Source of the DNA: Bacteroidales bacterium
GTDB lineage: Bacteria > Bacteroidota > Bacteroidia > Bacteroidales > VadinHA17
Reading direction: 5' to 3'
Assembly: GCA_038248855.1 (NCBI GenBank)
Contig: JBBRXA010000007.1
Coordinates: 5,997-69,996, forward strand
Length of the DNA: 64,000 bases
The position numbers and the translations under genes are program-made. Below the pieces are notes generated by a model. That model was not told the DNA's origin, searched no databases, and was given only the letters and a program-made list of their open reading frames with translations. This document shows, in pieces, positions 56,743 through 64,000 of the stretch (positions are counted from its first letter, which is position 1; the number at the start of each line of letters is the position of its first letter).

Positions 56743-57065
56743 TACTTGATCTCCTCTCCTGATTTTTTGGAATAACGCACTAATTTGTTTTTCTCATTCA
56801 GTCTGCGGCCCGTGCGGGTTGGTTTACCGCTTGTGGGGTCAATGACCATGAGGTTGGAAATATGCACAGGTGCCTCTTTTTTGAGAATGCCTCCCTGGGG
56901 CGCCTTGGCATTGGGTTTGGTATGCTTTGATACCATGTTCACTCCCTCAACCAGAGCCCTGCTCTTTTCCCTGTCTACTTCGAGGACGCGGCCCTTCTGA
57001 CCTTTTGCCTCACCGGCAATGACAGTTACCGAGTCTCCTTTTTTGATGTGTAATTTCTTCTGCAT
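56742..57065 (-). CDS. rplX: 50S ribosomal protein L24
   Basis: 107 aa with a KOW motif ([21 protein letters not shown]). Confidence 0.95.
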   Translation of the reverse strand: MQKKLHIKKGDSVTVIAGEAKGQKGRVLEVDREKSRALVEGVNMVSKHTKPNAKAPQGGILKKEAPVHISNLMVIDPTSGKPTRTGRRLNEKNKLVRYSKKSGEEIK

Positions 57066-57082
57066 CGGGTGTCAGTTTAATA

Positions 57083-57448
57083 TTATAACACTTCAGGTGC
57101 GAGTGAAACGATCTTCATGAATTTGTCACGCAACTCCCTGGCTACGGGACCGAAGATACGGGTACCGCGTACCTCGTCTACGTTACTGAGCAGCACCACG
57201 GCATTGTCGTCAAACCGGATGTAGGAACCGTCGGCACGACGTATTTCCTTGCGGGTCCTTACGACCACGGCCTTGCTCACTGTTCCTTTTTTTGCCTCAC
57301 CTGACGGCAGTGCGCTTTTTACGCTGACGACAATCTTGTCACCAACGCTTGCGTATCTCCTTTTGCTTCCGCCGAGAACCCTGATGCAAAGAACCTCTTT
57401 GGCACCAGTGTTGTCAGCTACAGTCAATCTGCTTTCCTGCTGTATCAT
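57083..57448 (-). CDS. rplN: 50S ribosomal protein L14
   Basis: [18 protein letters not shown] start, 121 aa. Confidence 0.97.
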   Translation of the reverse strand: MIQQESRLTVADNTGAKEVLCIRVLGGSKRRYASVGDKIVVSVKSALPSGEAKKGTVSKAVVVRTRKEIRRADGSYIRFDDNAVVLLSNVDEVRGTRIFGPVARELRDKFMKIVSLAPEVL

Positions 57449-57450
57449 AA

Positions 57451-57714
57451 CTACTTAGCTCTTTCGATTATTTCAATCAATCTCCAGGACTTGTTTTTGC
57501 TGAGAGGCCTGGTCTCCATTATGAGTACCTTATCACCAATGTTGCAGCTATTTTCCTCATCATGGGCCATAAGTTTTTTCGTCTTGTTAACGAATTTGCC
57601 GTAGATGGGGTGTTTCACCTTCCTCTTTATGGCAACGACGATAGACTTGTCCATCTTGTTGCTGACGACAACGCCTGTACGCTCTTTTCTAAGATTCCTT
57701 ATTATCTCTTCCAT
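57451..57714 (-). CDS. rpsQ: 30S ribosomal protein S17
   Basis: 87 aa with R..TGVVVS.KM.KS.VV....KV.HP.Y.K. Confidence 0.95.
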   Translation of the reverse strand: MEEIIRNLRKERTGVVVSNKMDKSIVVAIKRKVKHPIYGKFVNKTKKLMAHDEENSCNIGDKVLIMETRPLSKNKSWRLIEIIERAK

Positions 57715-57725
57715 CGTGATAACGG

Positions 57726-57929
57726 CTATTTTGTTTTCTGAATGATGTCTCTCTTGCGCATCTCAGTCATGAGCCTGGCAACTGTTCTTCTGCTGTCCTT
57801 GATCTTCTGTGGATTCTCAAGGGGAGAAATTGCGTGGTTAAGCTTCATGCGTACAAGGGCGGTCTTCTCATTGTCAATGTGCTCGAGAAGCTCCTGGTTA
57901 CTTAATTCTTTTATCTCTGAACTCTTCAT
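57726..57929 (-). CDS. rpmC: 50S ribosomal protein L29
   Basis: 67 aa. Helical, with ...[13 protein letters not shown].... Confidence 0.93.
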   Translation of the reverse strand: MKSSEIKELSNQELLEHIDNEKTALVRMKLNHAISPLENPQKIKDSRRTVARLMTEMRKRDIIQKTK

Positions 57930-57940
57930 CTCTGCGGTTT

Positions 57941-58363
57941 TTATTCCATAACGTAATCACGTCGTACCACGAATTTTGTGGGAACGGGAAGTTTCTGTGC
58001 TCCAAGGCGGAGTGCTTCTTTGGCTACTTCATAAGGAACGCCTTCAGCTTCAAGCAGTATTCTTCCGGGGGTCACGGGCACCACAAATCCTTCCGGTGCA
58101 CCTTTACCTTTACCCATACGTACCTCAGCAGGTTTCTTTGTTATAGGCTTGTCAGGGAAGACGCGTATCCAGAGCTGACCTTCACGTTTCATATGACGGG
58201 TGACAGCCTGACGTGCAGCTTCTATCTGACGTCCCGTGATCCATGCCTCTGCAAGAATCTTGATGCCAAATGACCCGAATGCCAGCTGGTTCCCCCTCTG
58301 GGCATTGCCTTTCATCCTGCCCTTCTGGCTCCTTCTGAATTTGGTCTTCTTCGGTTGTAACAT
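57941..58363 (-). CDS. rplP: 50S ribosomal protein L16
   Basis: [19 protein letters not shown] start, 140 aa. Confidence 0.97.
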   Translation of the reverse strand: MLQPKKTKFRRSQKGRMKGNAQRGNQLAFGSFGIKILAEAWITGRQIEAARQAVTRHMKREGQLWIRVFPDKPITKKPAEVRMGKGKGAPEGFVVPVTPGRILLEAEGVPYEVAKEALRLGAQKLPVPTKFVVRRDYVME

Positions 58364-58391
58364 CGCTCAATTATATTATATAGTTATATAC

Positions 58392-59132
58392 CTAGCGGGA
58401 TTCTTTTCTGTTTCCACCGCCGCCGCCTTTTCTCTTGAAGTTGCCGGCCGGGGCCTTGCTGCCTCCTTTCGGCGACTTTGCTCCCAGGTTGGGACTGAGG
58501 TCGCGCTTGCCGTATACTTCTCCGTTGCAAATCCATACCTTGATCCCTATGAGGCCTACTTTTGTGAGAGCCTCACCGAGAGCGTAATCGATATCTGCGC
58601 GGAAGGTATGCAGTGGAATTCTTCCGTCTTTATAAGTTTCGTCACGAGCCATTTCAGCACCGCCAAGCCTTCCGGATATCACTACCTTGATGCCTTCGGC
58701 TCCCATGCGCATCGTTGATGCTATTGACATCTTGATGGCGCGGCGGTAGGAGATCTTGCCTTCCACCTGGCGTGCTATGTTACTTGCTACAATTGCTGCA
58801 TCAAGTTCGGGACGCTTCACCTCGAAGATGTTTATCTGAACCTCTTTCTTGGTGATCTTTTTAAGTTCCTCCTTGAGTTTGTCAACCTCCTGGCCTCCCT
58901 TGCCTATTATGATTCCCGGGCGCGCCGTATTGACAGTGACTGTAATGAGCTTCAGTGTCCGCTCAATAATGATCTTTGACAGACTGGCTTTTGCAAGTCT
59001 GGCATTGAGGTATTCCCTGATCTTGGTATCCTCAATGAGTTTGCCTGAGAAGTCATTGCCACCGTACCAGTTGGAATCCCATCCTCTGATGATTCCTACT
59101 CTGTTGCCTATCGGATTTACTTTCTGTCCCAT
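58392..59132 (-). CDS. rpsC: 30S ribosomal protein S3 (Gly/Lys-rich C-terminal tail)
   Basis: [20 protein letters not shown] start, 246 aa. Confidence 0.97.
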   Translation of the reverse strand: MGQKVNPIGNRVGIIRGWDSNWYGGNDFSGKLIEDTKIREYLNARLAKASLSKIIIERTLKLITVTVNTARPGIIIGKGGQEVDKLKEELKKITKKEVQINIFEVKRPELDAAIVASNIARQVEGKISYRRAIKMSIASTMRMGAEGIKVVISGRLGGAEMARDETYKDGRIPLHTFRADIDYALGEALTKVGLIGIKVWICNGEVYGKRDLSPNLGAKSPKGGSKAPAGNFKRKGGGGGNRKESR

Positions 59133-59135
59133 TTT

Positions 59136-59555
59136 TTATTTTGAAATGTTTTCGACTTCCTGATTTTTACTTCCCAGTACAAGGGTAATATGATTGGATC
59201 TCTTGCGGACGCGGTATGCCCTTCCCTGGGGAGCGGGCCGTATCCTGCGGAGTATCCGGCCACCGTCAACCTTAACTTCCTTTACAAAAAGATTGCTCTC
59301 TTCGAGGCGCTGACCTTCATTCTTGGCCTGCCAGTTGGCAATGGCTGACAGAAGCAGCTTCTCTACCCTGCGCGAAGCTTCCTTCGTGCTGAACTTGAGT
59401 ATGTCAAGAGCTTTGTTAACCTCCTGCCCCCTTATGAGTTCAGTTACCAGCCTCATTTTTCGCGGCGAGGTAGGGACGTTCCGCAGAACGGCCTGGGTCC
59501 TGACTTTCGCAGCTTCCTTCCTGATACCGGCACTTATTCTTTTTCTTGCACCCAT
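59136..59555 (-). CDS. rplV: 50S ribosomal protein L22
   Basis: 139 aa with [12 protein letters not shown]. Confidence 0.95.
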   Translation of the reverse strand: MGARKRISAGIRKEAAKVRTQAVLRNVPTSPRKMRLVTELIRGQEVNKALDILKFSTKEASRRVEKLLLSAIANWQAKNEGQRLEESNLFVKEVKVDGGRILRRIRPAPQGRAYRVRKRSNHITLVLGSKNQEVENISK

Positions 59556-59585
59556 CTCTGATAGTTTTTCAGTTTTTAAGATACG

Positions 59586-59852
59586 TTACTTCTGTTTTCC
59601 TCCATGACCGCGGAAGGTGCGGGTAGGCGCAAACTCACCCAGCTTATGACCAACCATGTTCTCGGTAACGTAAACAGGTATAAACTTATTTCCGTTGTGT
59701 ACAGCAATTGTATGACCGACAAAATCAGGAGAAATAACTGATCTTCTTGACCATGTCTTGATCACTGTCTTCTTTACGCCGTCATTCATCGCGCCTACTT
59801 TCTTGTCAAGGCTCAGGTCAATGAACGGTCCCTTTTTAATAGATCTACTCAT
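59586..59852 (-). CDS. rpsS: 30S ribosomal protein S19
   Basis: [12 protein letters not shown] start with [16 protein letters not shown]. Confidence 0.97.
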   Translation of the reverse strand: MSRSIKKGPFIDLSLDKKVGAMNDGVKKTVIKTWSRRSVISPDFVGHTIAVHNGNKFIPVYVTENMVGHKLGEFAPTRTFRGHGGKQK

Positions 59853-59860
59853 CGTATCAA

Positions 59861-60685
59861 TTATTTTTTCCTTCTTTCAATAATATGCTTGTTTGAGTAT
59901 TTGGTCTCGCTTCTGGTCTTGAAACCCTTTGCAGGCAAGCCCTTGCGTGATCTCGGAAGACCTCCTGAAGCCCTTCCTTCGCCACCGCCCATGGGGTGAT
60001 CAACCGGGTTCATGGCAACGCCCCTGGTGCGCGGTCTGCGGCCTTTCCAGCGTGAACGGCCGGCTTTGCCGGATCTTTCAAGACTGTGGTCAGGATTGGA
60101 GACTACACCGATGGTTGCACGGCATGTGACAAGAACCATTCTCGTCTCACCTGAAGGGAGCTTGATAATGGCATATTTACCGTCACGGGCTGCAAGCTGT
60201 GCAAATGTTCCTGCACTGCGTGCGAGTGAAGCACCCTTGCCGGGTTTAAGTTCTATATTGTGAATTATCGTACCGAGAGGAATATTCTCAAGGAACAGCG
60301 TGTTACCGATTTCGGGAGTTGCGGTGCGGCCCGACTGCAGTGTCTGGCCTACTTTCAGTCCGTGCGGAGCGATAATGTAATTCTTCACTCCGTCAGCATA
60401 GGTGATGAGAGCTATCCTGGCCGAACGGTTCGGATCATACTCCACTGAAGTGACTATTGCAGACACATCATCCTTTGTCCTCTGAAAGTCGATCACACGG
60501 TACATCTTCTTGTGGCCGCCGCCGATGTACCTCATGGTACGTCTGCCGTTAAGGTTCCTTCCTCCTGTTTTGCTCAGCGGCGCGAGTAAGGATTTTTCCG
60601 GCACATCGCGTGTTATCTCCTCGAAGGAGCTCGCGATCTTATGTCTCTGGCCCGGTGTTACGGGGTTGATCTTTCTAACTGCCAT
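59861..60685 (-). CDS. rplB: 50S ribosomal protein L2
   Basis: 274 aa with GGGHK and [15 protein letters not shown] motifs. Confidence 0.97.
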   Translation of the reverse strand: MAVRKINPVTPGQRHKIASSFEEITRDVPEKSLLAPLSKTGGRNLNGRRTMRYIGGGHKKMYRVIDFQRTKDDVSAIVTSVEYDPNRSARIALITYADGVKNYIIAPHGLKVGQTLQSGRTATPEIGNTLFLENIPLGTIIHNIELKPGKGASLARSAGTFAQLAARDGKYAIIKLPSGETRMVLVTCRATIGVVSNPDHSLERSGKAGRSRWKGRRPRTRGVAMNPVDHPMGGGEGRASGGLPRSRKGLPAKGFKTRSETKYSNKHIIERRKK

Positions 60686-60691
60686 ATTCTG

Positions 60692-60982
60692 TTAAATGTT
60701 GCTGTAAAAATCTATTGTCTCACCTTTGGCGAGGGTAATGACAGCCTTCTTGGTTGCAGCGGTACGGCCTGACATGATGCCCGACTTGGTGTAACGCGTT
60801 TTTGTCTTGCCACCGTAATTGAGGGTGTTCACAGACTCAACCTTAACGCCGTAGAGTCCCTCAACTGCCTTTTTGATCTCCAGTTTATTGGCTTTGCGTG
60901 CGACCAGGAAACCGTACCGGTTGAATTTCTCACCCTGGCTGGTCATTTTCTCGGTCACTATCGGCTTTATTATAATTTCCAT
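60692..60982 (-). CDS. rplW: 50S ribosomal protein L23
   Basis: MEIIIKPIVTEK start (ATG 60982). The track's 15-aa N-terminal extension would overlap rplD. Confidence 0.94.
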   Translation of the reverse strand: MEIIIKPIVTEKMTSQGEKFNRYGFLVARKANKLEIKKAVEGLYGVKVESVNTLNYGGKTKTRYTKSGIMSGRTAATKKAVITLAKGETIDFYSNI

Positions 60983-60995
60983 CGCTCTGACTTTA

Positions 60996-61625
60996 CTAGT
61001 TTTCAAAAGTTGACTGCAAAACATCAACTGCGCTCTCTACAAGTACAAGAGTTGTAGCCTTCATAATGTTGTAAGTGTTTAAATCACTGATTGTTACAAC
61101 TTCAACTCCCTGTAAATTTCGAGATGACAAATATATATTATTATTTGGTTCCGGTAAAACAATAAGGGATTTTTTATTCATAATGCTGAGGTTTACTCCT
61201 AAACCCGCCATCCTGGAGGTCTTTGGCGCCTCGAATGAAAAATCCTCAACCACAATAATCCTGTTCTCCTGCGCCTTATACGAAAGAGCTGATTTTCTGG
61301 CTAATTGCTTCACTTTCTTGTTAAGCTTGAATCCGTAGAATCTGGGCCTGGGGCCGAAGATGCGGCCTCCGCCGCGGAACTCCGGGTTCTTGATGCTACC
61401 GAAACGGGCTGTTCCGGTACCCTTCTGCTTCTTCAGCTTGCGGGTGCTTCCGACGATCTCTGCGCGTTCCTTGGACTTGTGGGTACCCTGTCTCTGGTTG
61501 GCAAGGTACTGTTTGGTGTCAAGGTAGATCGCATGATCATTGGGTTCTATACCGAAGATAGTCTCATTGAGATTTACCTTTCTTCCGGTATCCTTACCTT
61601 CTATGTTTACTACTGCTACTTCCAT
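60996..61625 (-). CDS. rplD: 50S ribosomal protein L4
   Basis: 209 aa with [28 protein letters not shown]. Confidence 0.96.
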   Translation of the reverse strand: MEVAVVNIEGKDTGRKVNLNETIFGIEPNDHAIYLDTKQYLANQRQGTHKSKERAEIVGSTRKLKKQKGTGTARFGSIKNPEFRGGGRIFGPRPRFYGFKLNKKVKQLARKSALSYKAQENRIIVVEDFSFEAPKTSRMAGLGVNLSIMNKKSLIVLPEPNNNIYLSSRNLQGVEVVTISDLNTYNIMKATTLVLVESAVDVLQSTFEN

Positions 61626-62242
61626 TACTTTGTAATTATTATGTAACCACCTTTGGGACCTGGAACGGAGCCCTTTACAAGAATGAGGTTGGAGTCAGCA
61701 AGTATTCTGACCACCCTGAGTTCTTCCATTACCCTCTGGCCTCCGGTACGGCCTGCCATACGCATGCCCGGCATAACCCTCGACGGCCATGATGATGCAC
61801 CTACTGAACCCGGAGCCCTGAGCCTGTCATGCTGACCGTGAGTGGTCCCGCCAACGCCGCTAAATCCGTGACGCTTGACTACGCCCTGGAAGCCCTTGCC
61901 TTTGGCCCAGCCCCTGACGTCAACAAATGTGTCATCATTGAACAGGTCAACCGTGATAACATCGCCGAGCTTATACTGCTCTTCCCTGAATCCGGTGAAC
62001 TCAACTATTTTTCTCTTGGGTTTTGAATCAGCTTTTTTGAAATGACCCATCTCAGCCTTGTTGCTGGATTTTTCCCTCTTGTCATCAAAACCGAGCTGCA
62101 ATGCAAAATACCCGTCTTTTTCCTTTGTCTTTACCTGCGTTACAACGCAAGGGCCGGCTTCTATCACCGTGCACGGGATGCTCTTTCCATTTCCGTCGAA
62201 AACAGATGTCATCCCAACTTTTCTACCTATTAATCCCTGCAT
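61625..62242 (-). CDS. rplC: 50S ribosomal protein L3
   Basis: [15 protein letters not shown] start, 205 aa. Overlaps rplD by 1 nt (TAATG). Confidence 0.97.
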   Translation of the reverse strand: MQGLIGRKVGMTSVFDGNGKSIPCTVIEAGPCVVTQVKTKEKDGYFALQLGFDDKREKSSNKAEMGHFKKADSKPKRKIVEFTGFREEQYKLGDVITVDLFNDDTFVDVRGWAKGKGFQGVVKRHGFSGVGGTTHGQHDRLRAPGSVGASSWPSRVMPGMRMAGRTGGQRVMEELRVVRILADSNLILVKGSVPGPKGGYIIITK

Positions 62243-62262
62243 AATTCAGTCGTTTACCGGTT

Positions 62263-62568
62263 TCACACTTTGATTTCTACTTCAACTCCGCTGGGCAGTT
62301 CAAGCTTCATAAGAGCATCGATGGTCTTGGGAGTTGAACTGTAGATGTCAAGCAGACGCTTGTAGGAAGAGAGTTCGAACTGCTCTCTTGCTTTTTTGTT
62401 GACGAACGGTGAACGGAGGACCGTATAGATCTTCTTATGGGTGGGCAGCGGAATCGGTCCGCTTACTACGGCACCCGTTGACTTCACAGTCTTGACGATC
62501 TTCTCGGCCGACTTGTCGACGAGATTATGATCGTAAGATTTGAGTTTGATGCGGATTTTCTGACTCAT
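62263..62568 (-). CDS. rpsJ: 30S ribosomal protein S10
   Basis: [14 protein letters not shown] start, 101 aa. Confidence 0.97.
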   Translation of the reverse strand: MSQKIRIKLKSYDHNLVDKSAEKIVKTVKSTGAVVSGPIPLPTHKKIYTVLRSPFVNKKAREQFELSSYKRLLDIYSSTPKTIDALMKLELPSGVEVEIKV

Positions 62569-62570
62569 CT

Positions 62571-64000
62571 TTAAAGAATTTTTCCTTTGGTTACTTCAAT
62601 AATTTTCTTCGACAATTCTGCAGGCACCTCGTCATAATGGGAGAACTCCATGGTTGATGTAGCTCTTCCTGAGGTAAGGGTACGAAGTACTGTAACGTAT
62701 CCGAAGTTTTCTGCCAGAGGTACTTTTGCTTTAATTACCCTTGCACCTGCTTTCGATTCCATACCTTCAACCTTCCCTCTGCGCTTGTTAAAGTCACCGA
62801 CGACGTCACCCACGTATTCTTCAGGGGTAACTACTTCGGCTGACATAATGGGTTCGAGCAGCACGGGCTGGCACTTAGACGCCGCATGGCGGAAGGCCTG
62901 TCTTGCACATATCTCGAACGCCAGTGCGTCTGAGTCAACTGAATGGTACGAACCGTCTTTGAGGACAACCTTAAGGCTTTCAACGGGGAAGCCTGCAAGG
63001 GGTCCGTTCTGCATAGCCTCGCGGAACCCTTTTTCAACGGCCGGGATAAACTCCTTCGGCACATTGCCTCCCCTTACCTCATTCACAAATGTAAGTCCCG
63101 GAGCATTATCCTCGGCAGGCATAATGGTCACGGATATATCCGCGAACTTGCCTTTGCCTCCGGTTTGCTTCTTGAAGACTTCCCTGTGACTGAAGGATGC
63201 TGTGACAGCCTCTTTGTATGCCACCTGGGGTCTGCCCTGGTTGCATTCAACCTTGAACTCTCTCTTCAGACGGTCAGTAAGTATTTCGAGGTGAAGCTCG
63301 CCCATGCCGCTTATCACCGTCTGTCCGCTGTCAGGATCGGTTTTGACCCTGAATGTGGGATCTTCCTCGGAGAGTTTTCCGAGAGCAATCCCCAGCTTGT
63401 CGACATCAGCCTGCGTCTTGGGCTCAATGGCGATCCCGATTACTGGTTCGGGGAATACCATTGACTCGAGGACTATAGGCTTGTTAATTGCACAAAGCGT
63501 ATCACCTGTCTTAAGATCTTTGAACCCCACTCCGGCGCAAATGTCGCCGGCAGATACTGAATCAACGGGATTCTGTTTGTTTGCATGCATCTGGAAGAGG
63601 CGGTTAATCCTCTCCCTCTTGCCGGTACGTATGTTCAGTACGGTGTCCCCGGCATTCAGAGTGCCTGAATAGACCCTCATGAAAACCAGTCGCCCTACAT
63701 ACGGATCGGTAGCAATTTTAAAGGCCAGGGCCGCAAACGGCTCATCAACCTCAGGCTTACGGAATATCTCCTGGTCGTCACGGGGGTCTTTCCCCTTCAC
63801 TGATCCCTTGTCAGGGGGAGAAGGAAGAAATGCCGTAACACCGTTCAGAAGAAGCTGTACCCCTTTATTCTTGAAGGCTGCACCGCAGAAGACGGGGACA
63901 ATGACTCCGTCAACCGTTTCACGGCGCAATACCCTGTATAACTCACTTGAATCTATGCTTGCGTGATCTTCGAGAAAACGCTCCAGAATTGTATCATCGA
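62571..64000 (-). CDS. fusA: Elongation factor G, C-terminal ~476 codons (N-terminus beyond window edge)
   Basis: ...[18 protein letters not shown]...GELHLEI.... The frame stays open to position 64000. The track's 'M' at 63929 is an internal TTG (Leu). Confidence 0.95.
   Translation of the reverse strand, partial: DDTILERFLEDHASIDSSELYRVLRRETVDGVIVPVFCGAAFKNKGVQLLLNGVTAFLPSPPDKGSVKGKDPRDDQEIFRKPEVDEPFAALAFKIATDPYVGRLVFMRVYSGTLNAGDTVLNIRTGKRERINRLFQMHANKQNPVDSVSAGDICAGVGFKDLKTGDTLCAINKPIVLESMVFPEPVIGIAIEPKTQADVDKLGIALGKLSEEDPTFRVKTDPDSGQTVISGMGELHLEILTDRLKREFKVECNQGRPQVAYKEAVTASFSHREVFKKQTGGKGKFADISVTIMPAEDNAPGLTFVNEVRGGNVPKEFIPAVEKGFREAMQNGPLAGFPVESLKVVLKDGSYHSVDSDALAFEICARQAFRHAASKCQPVLLEPIMSAEVVTPEEYVGDVVGDFNKRRGKVEGMESKAGARVIKAKVPLAENFGYVTVLRTLTSGRATSTMEFSHYDEVPAELSKKIIEVTKGKIL

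Noticed and set aside
62650-63464. Plus-strand ORFs of 179 and 173 aa
   Set aside because: They are antisense to fusA, one of the most conserved genes, so they are shadow ORFs. The same applies to 52380-52931 (antisense to secY) and 847-1437 (antisense to korB).

Overview
The window is a Bacteroidota-type chromosomal segment, about 48-50% GC by eye, and almost entirely coding. Evidence for the phylum: gldD/gldE, a T9SS C-terminal sorting domain, a bamA-ompH-ompH block, TAnnTTTG -7 promoter boxes and little Shine-Dalgarno signal.

Positions 1-46.4 kb carry housekeeping and envelope genes:
- korAB, murI, ompH x2, bamA, uppS, two DUF6089-like barrels, nadK, pdxJ, udk, manA, engB, prs
- rplY-pth-hslR, an acyltransferase-SDR-VOC block, an M19 dipeptidase, LysE, an EamA remnant fused to a DUF2807 lipoprotein
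- rng, HU plus a 30-aa bS22-like ORF, ssb-gldE-gldD, a PPTase, a GGGP synthase, a PafA-like phosphatase, a T9SS M14 peptidase, ychF
- an ECF sigma triad, hisS, a block of unknown secreted proteins next to a degenerate hybrid kinase, a PP2C phosphatase and ubiD

Positions 46.5-64 kb hold eno and the complete minus-strand alpha/spc/S10 ribosomal supercluster, running up to a partial fusA. rpmJ, rpmD and the bS22-like ORF were found by hand translation because they are missing from the ORF track.

I saw no rRNA, tRNA, CRISPR array, transposase or integrase.

No unambiguous novel system is visible. The best candidates are:
- the uncharacterised secreted-protein/DUF4870 block facing a pseudo-kinase (40.0-43.5 kb)
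- a translationally coupled acyltransferase plus DHRS7B-like reductase pair (19.3-21.4 kb)
- the EamA-DUF2807 in-frame fusion

All family assignments come from motif recognition by eye and memory. No searches were run.
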